DNA of 64,000 nucleotides from Mytilus edulis (Eukaryota), in contig NC_092347.1 of NCBI RefSeq assembly GCF_963676685.1, positions 8,990,001 to 9,054,000 on the forward strand, read 5' to 3'. The translations under genes were made by a program, and so were the position numbers. How positions within the stretch are numbered: the first letter of the stretch is position 1; every line of letters begins with the position of its first letter. The notes under the pieces were generated by a model. It was not told where the DNA came from, did no database searches, and saw only the letters and a program-made list of their open reading frames with translations. Below, in pieces: positions 25,536-39,435 of this stretch.

Positions 25536-27674
25536 ACATTAATACTTAATATTAATCAGTAAAGAATTAAAAGTATTTGATTAATTGCTTGTAGTCATTC
25601 GTTGTTGGTGTTGATACTTGTCTATTCATTGTAGTTGGGCTGCAGTATTAAGGCATGGTTCTTTTCCTATATTTTGAGATAAAATATATATTTAATTTAG
25701 TTTTTTCTCTAACGCCTATTTGGTTTTAATTTGAATTCTTTAATATACAATAACTCAAAACTGAAAAGGGGAATTGTAATAAGTCCTATTGTTTGCGCAT
25801 ACAATTCCAAACACAGTAGTTTCTTCATTCCATCGTTTCAATATAACTATAGTTATTGTATTGGTTGTAAGCTTTTAACGTAATAATATCAGTAATGCCC
25901 TTTTAGAGGTCATAGAATTAACACATATTATCGAAATCGATTATGAAGCATACGGTCGGATAGGGTATTATTTAGTTTGTTTGACTTGACGTACATGTAC
26001 AGGTTGTTCTAATACTTTTTGATACCCCAATTATGAAGCAGTGTGCATGTTTTTGGATTGAATGAGCCTCTTACATACTATAAGGATCAACATGATTTAC
26101 TAATATTAATGTACAGTAACTGATCACAGGTGATAATAGTCCCCATAAATCTACTAAACAATATTTTAAGACTGTAGAAAAAGTAGTAGGTGGTTGGACA
26201 AAGCCCCAATATGATCAACAAATCTAGTAAAATGTTTGACATATGATTTGATAATTGCACAATGAATCATACTTAAAACAATAACTAGATTATATTGTAT
26301 TCTTTGACGTCACAATTGGCATCTTATCAATCATCCGACAACCACAGTCAAAGTACATAATTGCTTGTTGATTATATCTTAATCAATGGACACCGATTGA
26401 TTTGTTTAACGTTAAAACTATTGTTTTTTCGATTTATTATACCAAAAAAAAAATCACTAGTGACGCTAAAAGAAAATAAGTCGAAATGACCAAATAAAGT
26501 ACGAGTTGAAGAGCGTTGAAGACCCAAAATTCCGTTCCGTTTTGTTTGATACATATAGCTAATGAAATCTATTCTCGGCGTTGAAAATTTAAAGTATTTC
26601 TAAAACTCAATGAAAAAATAGCTAATTTATAAATTAACCATATCAATAATAATACTTAACAAGTGTTCAATCACATTTTCTGATTGAAAGCACTTCTTGC
26701 TCTATGTGTGGACGTTTACCAGCAAGTGATATCTGTGCTTTATACAAATCAATTACCAATTCAGTCGGCAAGTTGTTCTAAATTGGAAGGAATGCATTAA
26801 TTTGTAAATGTTTTGTTATTCCATCTCTTCAGTTATTCAGAAAAAGAACTTTTCTTTAGACGAATTAATCAGATATATATACGACAAATTGACATTATTT
26901 CCCAGGAGATCTAAACCTAGACAGAAGAAGCAAAGACACTGCTCCTCATAGATGAAAGCATTTGAATGCATATTTTCTGAGAATAATTGCAAAACAAGTT
27001 TTTTATCTATTTTATCGCTGAAATAAAATTTCATTGTGAAATCAAGAATCGTGTAGAATCGTATTTAATAAATTGCTTGTAATTTGGGCTAAAAGTATGC
27101 CACTGGTTGTTTTCCTCATGCCAGCCCAGCTTTTATGTTGACATGACGTATCCTTGATATTTACATTTTCTATGAATACTAAACATATAATGTTAAGCTA
27201 TCCGAAACTCTAAGGCATGTTCTATCCAAATATAAAGTTTGCCTTTAGCCAATTCTGGCTCAATGTTTTTGATTTTTTTTTAAAGCAGCACAACTTCATA
27301 TTTGATTTGGACCACCCAAGGTTTTTATTTCAAACGCTACTGATGATCTATATAGACCGGAACATGTGTCAAGCGTTCAAACGTATTAATCCACGTATCT
27401 TTAAATATGTTGAAGCCACAAACTTAAAAAAACGTTTTGAGGATATGAAACAAAAATAGAACTAAACAGATCAGCCACATTAGTCTACTAAATAATTAGT
27501 ATTGTTGAAGCAAATCCATATTAATATGAACGATAGTAGCGTCTATACTAATCTAATTGTTATAAGTATATCATCAATGTTAAACTAGTCTAGACACTTA
27601 ACAGATATATTTGTACAAAACAAATGATATTATCGATAATGATGATATGCATTGATTTGAAGGTCATACATTAC

Positions 27675-27830
27675 GATTGATTGTTTTGATATATTACACC
27701 ACTTCAGCGCTATTGTCTATATGATGCGGAGTCAGTTTTCATTGGTGAAGGAAGCCGGATTGTAAGGAGAGAATCACAGACGTTCGACAGGAAAACTGAC
27801 AATCTTTGTCATTTGGGATCGGAATCGAAA
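27675..27830 (-). mobile_element. Decayed SINE-like fragment
   Basis: ttggtgaaggaagccggattg..ggagagaatcac resembles the reverse complement of the TTCTCCGG..CTCCGG.TTCCTCC core shared by bivalve SINEs. Confidence 0.4.
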
Positions 27831-30800
27831 GCATTGTTAATATTTTTTAGTTATTTGCCCTGAATTTCTTTCACGCAATGTTGTCATTTAAAGATATGTT
27901 AAACGTTGCCATATAAGCTGGAGATTTGGCTAGTCATAAATCTAGGTGCAACCCATGATTTCCACTTAAAATGTCCCGATCAAGTCAGGGATATGTTGAA
28001 AAACTTGTGTCTAATCGGTATGTCTTTTTTGAACATTTTAAAAATATGTTCAAACTATACTAAACTAGGGATATGTCAGTTAAAAAAATATTGTTTCTAT
28101 GTATGTTGCATTTGTGTGTTATTTTGTTGCACTTCAGTGTTTCTGTTGTTCCGTTGTTTTTCTCTTATAAATGATTTGTTTCCCTAGGTTTAAACTCGAA
28201 TCAATCTATGACTTTTGAATAGCGGAATTCTACTGTTGCCTTTATTTATACCTTTTTTTCGGTGAAAATATAGACGAGGACTACACACTTCAAACGTGTG
28301 ATTTTTTTACAATAAAATTTTAATTTAACAAACAAAACATATAAACGTAATGTTAAAGTACCATTTATAACATACAATTGATTTCATATTCAATCTTTGA
28401 GATAATTGCTCTAATAGTCTGGAACGTTAAAAATTCTATATATAATTCCATCATGACAGTTTGAAATTATTGGATAATTAAGCAATACAATACAAAAAGA
28501 TTTTTAATTGATAAAAATCCAATTTCAGCTGAAATAATAATTAAAAACACGTTTCTTTCTAAATAGCTTTTAAAATCTTATATCATGTAAAATCATTTCA
28601 TATTATGATTTGATTCTTAATTTTCATCATCTGTATGTTTATTACCTTAATACAAAATACGGTTAATAATAAGAATGTCAGTAAGCACAAAACGTCTATG
28701 TTTTGCATTTAATTTTATACAACAAACATTTCATGAATGTCCAAAACCAACATATCAATCATTTACCAAACTTTGTTCACTTTTAAAATGTTCCAGTTTT
28801 ACTAATAGTCGTTAACTTGTATGGAATTAAATACATTTCCAGGGAAAGATAAATTGCAACCTTGTGACATATTACCGATGCAATTTATTTCTTATAAATC
28901 TTTAATTTGTCGAATGTTCTCCTTGTATGGACAAATGATTTATATATTGGTGTTATATATCAGGTCCTCTGTATGTTTTGATTTGAGTGTTTAGCACTAG
29001 GATGTGTTTTATCAATCTGACCAACATAGCATAAAGTCTTTAATATTTACATTTAAACTCAAATAGCGTTCTAGATGGTGTTTTATTCCAAATGAAAATA
29101 TCAATCAGTTCTGATATAGTAAAATAGAAAGGTGTGTCCTACTGATATTAATTCAGCTGTTCGCCCACAGGACAAACTAGCAACAAAAATAATCTAAAAC
29201 GAAACAATACTCAATGCTTCCTTTCCGGGTAAGTCTGGGTTTTTAAAAATATTCCCCGTAACCTACCGTTTGCTCATGCACTTGATCAAACAAAGGAATG
29301 CTAATAATTTAAGACTGGCAGTCAGATATCTTATTTACTGAGAATGGGATAATGGTTGGGTGGATAAGTGTTTTACAATGGAAGGTTTTGCAAGCAACGT
29401 GTTTATTTGATAAAAACTAAACCTTGCTGAGCTGAATTTTGTAACTTGTTACTTCACAAGGTACGGTACGTTAGAAGAACTAGAAGAGATTGTATTCTAC
29501 AAGGCCACATTATTTCGACCTCGAGCTAACAAGCCTAACATCTTACTCCTAAATTCCACAAACACAGTGGAAAGGTAGCAAAGTTCAATTTCCAAGTCTT
29601 TGATTTGCTTTATACTGTTGACCGAAGGCTAATATCCTACAGGATTTTGCCACTGTTTACCCTCCAGTTGCCGAACCAGTCGAGCCACACAAAACAAATT
29701 TGTATTTGCTATCCCTAGAGGTACATTATTGCCAAATCTGATGATTCTACCTTTAGAAAAACTGTGGTTCCAATTTGAGCTCAAGGAAAGTCCAAATTAA
29801 TCGAAAAACATGTTCAAAGCTAATTGATTAATCACTATATCTGAAATAAAGATAATGCCTGATAATTGCTGAAGGAATATATCTCCACATTCAAAACTGA
29901 TTCCACATTTGGATAGTCTATAGATTAAGTCCTTGTTTGGTTTGATCAGGTATATTATATTGGTATTAGGGTTTCCTTTTTAGAATATTGTGGCAGAGCA
30001 TCTATGAAGGGAACTTTTGATTGTCAAAATTTGCATCTGGTGGAGTAAAATGCAACTATTATGTACCTTGTGTGCATTTGAATATTATGAACATAAGGTT
30101 GGTCAAATAACTTCGTTGTACATGTATCTTGTCATTTTTAAGATTTAACGAAAGTAGGAGTTTTCCTTAAACTTGCAATAAAAGTTACTCCATATTATGC
30201 TTTATAATTTCACTTGCATCAAAGAATGGTGTGTTATAGTTGGGCCAGAACCTCAACTGTCTCATTATAACCTTTCATGCTGCAGTATTGTAGCATGGCA
30301 GGACATTTAATATTTCTATATTGATACGATATTATATGATTTGAGATTCTCGAGATTCTTGATTTGATCAACTGTCAAGTTTAATACTCACTTTGAAAAT
30401 TTAAGGGACGCCCTTTCAACTTGGTATTTTTGACGGGTATCGCAGATCGAGCAGAAACTATTTATCCGTTTGGAGCTCCCAAGTTCATTTAATTTTGTTA
30501 TTTTAGGGGGTGGGAGGTGGCTACTGTGGCACGATGTTTAATTTAGTTAGATATTTAGTAATGGAATTTATTTTGTAGTTTAGAAACGCAATGTTGCAAG
30601 TCTGTTTTATCATAGTTATCTGTCTCTCTTAATATTATGTTTTCGATTTTGTTTTTATATCTTTAGATTGGGTTTTTAAATACTTGATTCATTAATTTGA
30701 TTACTTTGTTTATGAAATAAAAGGTTATGCGATGTAAAGATTTGTCGAATCGCACATGCGCCTCTGTTTTCAACTGTCAACATAAATTTTGTATTTCAGA

Positions 30801-31914
30801 TGAATCGTACAAGCAATATGATATATGTCTCATTATCATTGCAGTATTTTGCAATTAGCTCAACAGATGCAATAATATGTAAGTTTTATATGGATAAATA
30901 CAATTCTACAATATACTTCATGTTAAAGTACAATTTAGTGTCTACATTTATGGTACTTGCGCCTTAATAACAATAATAATAGAAATTCAAACGTATACTT
31001 TACTATTCTGTTTTTTTTTAATACTTAAATACCCACATCCAATAATACCAGTTTAAAAACTGATTAAATGTGACAAATCGAATGAATAATTACAATAAGG
31101 TTTAATAATACATGTTTTATTTGATAAAATATTATGTTTATGATGTATATCTGTTCAGGAATGTTAGTCATTGATGGAATGCACTGCACTGAATGTTTGA
31201 ACAATCATAATGAATTATTCAATATCTTTCATTGACAGGAGTTCTAGGGACACTTAGTATAGTTCTTATTAGAAACCACATTTATATTGTTTAAAGACAA
31301 AATTTATGTCTAATTTCATGACATTGCATAATCGTTTTGTTCCCAGTCTTTCAGATCATATATATTCATTGTAAGTAATTACATAAATATGTTTTACTCA
31401 TTTCTTATAAATCAAACTTCCAAAATAATAAGCAAAAAGAAAAAACCAACCACATATTTATTATAGTATAGAAGTAAGTCAATGTCAACTTTTCTTGATG
31501 AAGTTTTCAACCAGTATAGACATTGTTACATATCACGGTTGTTTTTTTTCAAGTTAGAGAGTACTTATTTTCAAAGAATTTACTACATGTATCATATAAA
31601 GATATCACCTTCATATACTTTTTGTTTTAACCGGGAGCAATGTATTAATTGTCCATTTATTTGTGCTTGGTACGTAGATTTGAATACAAAAAAACACCAC
31701 CGATTTATTGTAATAACAAAATGTTATACAACTTGTAAAAGAATGCTGTTCTCCGCCATTTATCTCTTTAAGGCACATGGAACACTACACTTATTGTCTC
31801 ACTTAATTTTTTTTCCACCGAACTTTTATATTTACGTACTTAACTGACAACAAATCTCAAAATGTCGGTCATATCCGTTGAGTCTGTTGATTACTGTCGA
31901 ACGAATGAAAACGT

Positions 31915-32200
31915 ACATTTATAAAGGCGACATTTGGTCAGTATACTTCTAAGGTATCATATCATTATATGAGTGAAGGCATTTAAAAAGGCCACATTGG
32001 GTATACTTCTAAGGTATCATGTCTTAATATGTGATAGTGATGATCAGCCTACATTTATTAAGGCAACATTGGATCAGTTTACTTCTAAGGTATCATGTCT
32101 TAATATGAGTGAGTGATAAGAAGCATACATTCATTATGGCGACATTAGGTTGATACTTCTGAGGTATGTTGTCTTAATCTGAGTGAGTGATAATAAGCTT
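31915..32200. repeat. Degenerate minisatellite, 4 units of 60-76 bp
   Basis: Core ACTTCT(A/G)AGGTAT at 31945, 32005, 32081 and 32155. Confidence 0.85.
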
Positions 32201-35200
32201 ATTTCTGGTGTTCCTTTAGTGGTAGGCACAGTTCAATATTTTTGCAGTAATTTTTCAATCTCAGACAGTAATTTCTTTGTGACAGAGGAGAAACTCGTAT
32301 ACAGACAAATTGTGTAAATCAGTGTTACATCTTTCAGTCTACAACTGGTGTCTACAGTGAATATATCGGTTAACATCTTTAGTTGTGTGTTAATCTTTTC
32401 TATCGAGACGTCATTGAATACAATTGATGTTGAAATCTTCTAAAATTTACAGAAATAAGGAGAAGTGATTATATTTCTTTACTACTATATGTGGTAAAAA
32501 AACAAACCTAACAAAGACATTGTCCTCCAATTGACGAAGGAAATATATTTGATGCCACTTAATATGTATCTTGTACTGAAGTTGTCTTTCCTTAAACCGA
32601 GATGGATACATTATGTAGTTGTTCTGTGTCTGTAAATAAATTATTATTGCTGTTCAAGTTTAAAAAGTTCGTAAAATTTTCCATCATAGTCAACAATACG
32701 TATTGTAGTGTTGCATAAAAGATTTACATATGTTTGATTATAAAAATCAGATCAAACCGTGGGATTATTCTGTAGCAATTATAACCTGTATAATGTTGCT
32801 TTAATATCCCCACCCCATTTCTGCTTTAAATCTCAACTATATAAAAGTTGCTTGAAAATCGAGGGTGAGTATCAATAAAAATGTGTTAAACAATATGACT
32901 AGTGGCAAGTAATTTATAAATGTCCGGACAAAAATACCAAACCAAAAAACAAATCTCTAAGGTAGTTTCTGCAAAGTGTGGCAACGGATCAAAATATCCA
33001 AAACCACTTGCCAGGAATTGAGAAAAAGGAATGCGAGGAAATTCAGTCACACAACAAGAGAAATAAAGACAATTCTAGAAAAAAATTATAACATTGAATT
33101 GTCAGGTATTTCATTAAAGAAAGTTACAAAGATCAACCGTGGCAACATTTTACTTTTTAGTATTGTTATTTAATCTTGCAAAATTTAACTTTATGTCCAT
33201 GTATGTCAATTTATCTTAGTACCTCCTTTATATTTATGGGGATATGACTGGTTAGCGGACTACACATGATGACTATAAACATTTGGTAAAAGGTGCCTTA
33301 AAAATATACATGGTTAGTTACCATATAGGGTTAGCAACCATATGAGGTTAATAAGGAGTTACTTCTCTTTCAAAACAAGACAAAAAACACCTGATAGGTT
33401 TAAACAGACTACGAAACTGATGTTGAACGATTGAAATACATTAATAAATCAAATCTAAAGGTTTCACATTGTTATTTTTAGCATTGTGTTTTCTATAGAC
33501 AAAAGGAAGTAGGTTCTTAAACATGTTAAAACTAAGTATTGAAAACTTAATGCCTTTCATATGCGAACAGTCTAAATACCACATGTGAAGACAGTCGGTA
33601 AGATTAATTCGTTACACGGTGTGCTAGTGACATAATAAGATATATATATAGGGTCGCTCACACACCTTGTAACTAATAATATACAATGAATTACTAAATA
33701 AGGATACGGGCCGTCGGAGAATACCTGATGGGACTATTAGTTTTATAGAAGATTATGTTTAATGCATATGGAGTAGCTATTGTGTGGTGGGTCTATGCTT
33801 TTCTTTCTTCGGAAAGTAATGATTTTCTTTCTTTTATTATTAAAAATGGTCTTATCCATTTTATGTTTGTTTTTGTTCTAAACTTGCAGGTTAAAACATT
33901 GCCAATAATTAGCTTCTTCCTATCAAAGGATCGTAATATAATCATTGAGAGCAATAAATGCTATGGAACAATTAAGAAACAATTCATAAAAGTGTTGTTT
34001 ATTAGACATGTTAGACTTGTTAATTCATTACATGACTTTGAAACTATTGAAACCTTGTGCAGATGAGTTTATCAGGTTGTGGACAACCCGCGAGATAGGG
34101 AACTATTCCCTAAAACGGTTCAATCCCTTATTTGAGTAATCATTAAATACAGTTAAAAACTTTTTTAAAAAAGGTCTTTTTATTAGAAATGGCACAAATT
34201 TGGAAAAAATTCTTTCGAAGAACTTAATTTTTATTATGGTTTCTTACAAAGTTAGAAGCCTTGAAATTGTAAATATTTCGATGTTGTCATACATGAAGGC
34301 TTGTAACTTCGCAGTAAATCAATATGGACTATTCATTTCGTGGTGAATTTGCTGAATGTTTCACTAATATTTGTCGTTTTAAGAAAGAAAAAAGCTACAA
34401 TGAAGAAAAAATACCTTTTTGCAAAGTGATTATTACTCCTTTGGGGAAAATTTCCACATTTGACGGGTTGTATACTTCTAATAAAGTGGTTAAAAAGTTT
34501 CAAAACCATGATTTGGATGTTCCAACATTCATTTTGATTAAAGATTGTCTGATTGGCCATGAAAAGACTTCTTTATAAAGATCGAATGACGTCACATTTT
34601 GTCCGAATGAGATGAAATATTATCTCTGGTAAATCAGACAATAAATCACGTAAATCAGCACTGATTAGCACAACACAGACAACTTAATTAATGGACAGCA
34701 ATTTTTTTTATCAAAGTTACAGCAGTAATGTTGTTGTTTACAATACACAATTCCAAATTATAATCGTATACAAGTCGTTGTGTTAATGTACGTAGCATTG
34801 TATATTTTTTCAATTTATTTTATGCGTGAATCTTTTTTCTTAACGACTCGAACCATTAGTTAAAATGATCAATGCCCACTACCAAGACGTGCTTTGACTG
34901 ATATATTTTTTTCATAGAACAATGTTACTTGCTTCTATTAAACAGTATCACTAGTATTAAGAATTAAAAACAAAAGATATGCCATATAATCAATTTAATC
35001 TCAGGGTTGCATATTATATTATAGAATAATATTTTCAAGAATGTGTAAAAATTAAAAAAAATGTAAAACTAAAAAATACTGAACTCCAATGAAAATTCAG
35101 AATGGAATGCCTATGACGCTAAAATTTTTAACGTATTGTATTTATATTAAAATTATTATTGATATTTGCGTTCCATTTTAGAATATAGCAGCCAAAGGAG

Positions 35201-36011
35201 ATAAAAACAGCCAGATTTTGATTTGTTCAGCGATCATATAATATAAGTGCAATAGCCAGAGCAAAAATCTACAAGAAATGTATTTGCATTAATGTTTTGA
35301 CAACAACATATATATTAGTTGCAAACGGGCAAAACTATTCAGAAAAATATACAGGACAAGTGATGTTTACGATATATAAACGTGAGTAGCATATATAAAG
35401 TCACGAGAAACATTAATGGAAATTGAGACATTAAAAATGTCACTTTAATGATCGTAGTTTCTCGAAAAGGTTAACTTGAACGTTGAACAACGAGAAGTAT
35501 ATGGTTTAAAAAACCGCACTCTAATTATTTTTTTAGAGAGAAGAAAGATATATATGTATCAAAGTGTAGCAATTATAAATGATATTACCGGTGACCTACC
35601 ATAACTGATTTGTCTTTGGAAAGAAAACATATGCTGTATACAGAGACAATTTATTATTTAGTACATGTAATTAAAGCCAAAGTGACCAATCTAACACCTT
35701 TATTTGATTAAGCAGACATTTCTAAAGCTTTGCCCGCTAGGTCCGGTGACAATTTAATCTATGGCATTTGTCAATTTCGACCAGGAAATGAATATTGGAA
35801 TAAACAAAAAGAAAGCAGGTCTGACTGATATATTGGATTTCTCATTAACATAATAATACTTTTCACATTTTTCACATTAGATAATGCTATCAATCTCCAG
35901 AACAACAAATTCCTACAAATGAATGTTGATTTGTTCATTACACTTGGTCTTGTCTCAACTTGTTTATTCAGAATACATTCAGGATGGGATATAGCTCTTA
36001 GATCGGTTATA

Positions 36012-36300
36012 AATAAAGGCAACAGTAGTATACCGCTGTTCAAAAGTCATAAATCGATTGAGTGAAAGCAAATCCTGTGCACAAACAGAACCGAGAGACA
36101 CACGACAGCTCTAAGAGGAAAACAACGAAATAACAGAATACAAAAAAGCAACAAAAAACAAACAACAATGCAACAGTCATAGAAACGAAGGATTTGTTAA
36201 GAACAAAAGGTTGGCTGAACCTGGTTTCGAGGCTAGCCAAACCTTCGCGTGTTATGGCAATGTTGAATATACCGCTAAAATAACAACATTACATGACAAT
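36012..36300 (+). repeat. Repeat family B copy
   Basis: Same 5' end as 41367 and 48028. Confidence 0.8.
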
Positions 36301-36429
36301 GCAATTATACATCACAAAAGTGAAATAGTTTAAACTAATAAAACTATATACAGGCTTTTAGAGTAGCTTTGAATCACTTTATCCTATCGGCTTAGGTTGT
36401 TTTAGATGAAGTTGATTCCAATTTCTAAT

Positions 36430-36934
36430 AGATTACCTTAGCCATATGTGGCACTGATTTTTGGAATTTTGGGTCCTCAATGCTTTTTAACTTTGTACTT
36501 GTTTGGCTTTATTACTATTTTGATCTGAGTCTTATGTAGACTAATCGCGCGTCTGGCGTATTCAATTATAATCCTTGTACCTTTGATAACTATTTACACC
36601 ACTGGGTCGATGCCACTGCTGGTGGACGTTTCGTCCCTGAGTGTATGACTAGCCCAGTAGTCAGCACTTCGGTGTTGACATGAATATCAATAAAATGGTA
36701 ATTTAAATAAATTTCCTGTTGACAAAACTTTAAATTTGTCTAAAAAACTAAGGATTTTATGATCCCAGGAATAAATTACCTTAGCCGTATTTGGTACACC
36801 CTTTTGAAATTTCGGGTCCTCAATGCTCTTCATTTTTGTACTTGTTTGGCTTTATAACTATTTTGATCTGAAATGTAGACGAAACGCGCGTCTGGTGTAT
36901 TAAATTATAAACCTGGTACCTTTGATAACTATTT
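36430..36934 (+). mobile_element. About 1.5 tandem units (period about 343 bp) of a retrozyme repeat; both hammerhead cores are deleted
   Basis: ttaccttagcc at 36433 and 36776; HHR remnants gtcttatgtagactaatcgcgcgtctggcgt (about 36528) and tgtagacgaaacgcgcgtctggtgt (about 36874). Confidence 0.75.
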
Positions 36935-38024
36935 AATTGTAACCTGGTGAATGTTCAAATGTAAATATCTGTGAAAAGACTTGCTACTTTAACGACACTG
37001 CGCATAATTTTCACGAGACTATACGCATTCAGAATTAATTCGTTTCCGTACTTGAAAGAAGAAGGAAATGAAGTTAAGCAACCAACAATCAATCATGGAA
37101 AAGTAGTTATTAGAACAACTTGGTTTTGATGTTATATTGAAGGTTAAACTTATTTTTCTTAATCATGAGTCAGCAGCTTCTCTGCACAATCATTTAACTA
37201 GATAGGTTTTGAAAAAACCCATGAGGACATTTAAAAAATAATGTTTCATAAACCAAACGAATGATGTGAAAACAAAATGTCGTAGATCTATTTTTATTGT
37301 ATTGTTTAAACGGTAAACGTGCCATCAGCGTCATTGAATCTGTTTTTAAATTCCTACGGGTGTCCTTTAATTTTCATATTAATGTAAAAATATTAATAAA
37401 TGATTTTTAGATCACTGATAATCAAAATTTTCAAAAAATAAAAGATAGCACCAATCAGTTTGTTTCTACCATTAAATTATTGTTTTAAATATAGACATTA
37501 AAGATTTTATTCTTATATTCATTCTTTTGAAGAAAACATGATAATGCAGTTTAATTCAAAAACATGAATCTTTTTTTCCGGCCGTCGCTTACAACATACA
37601 TACGCACATATTGCTTTATGCCTATATGGTATTTTTAGCGTATTATCGTTTATTTACTTTAATGCAGTGTATCATATGGCAACAATCGTTATGAAATGCC
37701 ATATATAGAAATTCCGCCTGACTGTGGACACGAATTTGCACGCTAGGTTACGGATTCTATATATTCGACCTAACTGTAGAGGAATTTTTTCATGTTTACA
37801 CATCTCTTTCTCTCTTTCTTTAAATTGTTATGTAGTAAGAGCGTTCTTGATGGGGTTAATCCAGAAAAGTGCATCGAATTCAAATACGTTATGTTCATTT
37901 ATACAGTCATTGTATTGTCAAAATGCCTATTATTCTATGACGAAATATCAAATAACGACTTATAATTTCCAAATAAAGGTATGATCTGCCGCAAAAGAAT
38001 ATGCTATTTATAAAATACTTTTAA

Positions 38025-38238
38025 ATTTGATGCGACTGTCTTACAAGTGAGAGGTTTAGCGCTATAAAATCAGGTTCAATTCACCATTTTATACATTTGA
38101 AAATGTCTGTACCAATTCAGGAATAAGGCAGTTGTTGTCCATTCGTTTGATGTGTTTTGTCATTTGATTTTGCCATTTGTTTAAGGACTTTCCAATTGAA
38201 TTTTCCTCGGAGTTCAGTAATTCTGTATTTTTACTTTT
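38025..38238 (-). repeat. Repeat family D copy
   Basis: Reverse complement of 41748-41952. Confidence 0.8.
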
Positions 38239-39435
38239 TCATAACAGCGATATACAACTGTCATAATTTATCGTTAAAACGCATGTTATACAAAACAACA
38301 AATTTCGTCTTTTTTTTAGATAGTTTATTCTCATAAAACCATAAAATACAAAGGTTACAGAGAAGTTAAAAAAAATAATATACATAAAAATAAAAAATGC
38401 ATTAAAAATGCATAAAATTCAAAATTTCGGATGAGATAACATATAAAATAATATATATATAGACTTATATAGTCAAATGTAAAAGCTTAAATTGTATAAA
38501 GAAATACTTTTTATAAGTATGTTGAATAAATTATGATTGTTAAGAAGGAGTGAGCTTACCATTAATCTTATAAAATTGCAGAGGTTTCTTAGTGTCTTTG
38601 TTTTTTTTTAATTAAACAGTTTCGAATGGCACAAATGCAATTTTTTCATAGAACTTGGATGAAAACAAGACTCGAAAATTGTAGATGTCATCTATAATAA
38701 TGGGTGTTATTGCAATATTACTTGTCGAAGTTGATTTGGTGGCTAGCATTCACCTTATGTCGAATGCTCGCTGGAGAATGGCATAGTTTCTTAAACTTAA
38801 AAAGATGGTATCTTCATTTTATAGTTGAACTTTGTGTATTCTATAGACTAATTAATCAGCAGTATATAAAATATTCACAACAACTACACAGAGGATAATG
38901 AAGCAAATATTATAAAGACCATGATACAATCTACGGATCTGACACTTCTTACGAAAAATTGATGGACAAGTTCAAAACAAAATAACAGGAAACAATTCAG
39001 TAGATCAGTCAAATGCTTACCAATGAAACATTAGGATAGTAATTGATATACACAACACGAAAATCTTATAAAATATCAAACAAACAACGCTTTTACTGCT
39101 TCCCGTTTTCATTAGTAACTGTCTTAGACTGGTATCCTTCCTTTGTATGTTTGGCCTTTACAGATTTAAGGTTTATGACCATCATCCATCTCCTTCAACT
39201 CTTGAAATTGCTATTTATCGAATAAAAAATATGTTCAAGTGGAAATGTGTGTAAACGTGTTTTGTTGTTAAAGCTTTTTCGTTCATGAATTCTTTTTAAA
39301 ACGGATTTTCTTGAGAAGAAAAATAAACCCAGAGAATTTGTTATATGTGAATGAGACAGCAACCTAACAACCTATATATCCAATGACATGAAGAGGTCAA
39401 CAATCGGTGGCGAAGATGACTCTTTACTAATAGTA

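Noticed and set aside
29200-30100. Higher-complexity stretch resembling decayed retroelement coding sequence (similar stretch at 47400-47700)
   Set aside because: No RT, endonuclease or integrase motif could be read in any frame I checked.
31915-32200. Repeat array superficially like CRISPR
   Set aside because: The intervening sequences are homologous to one another, the context is eukaryotic, and there are no cas genes.
33755-34578. ORFs of 103, 84 and 75 aa and a TM-like stretch (IHFVVNLLNVSLIFVVLRKKK)
   Set aside because: No recognisable domain, multiple stops in every frame, and no consistent exon structure.
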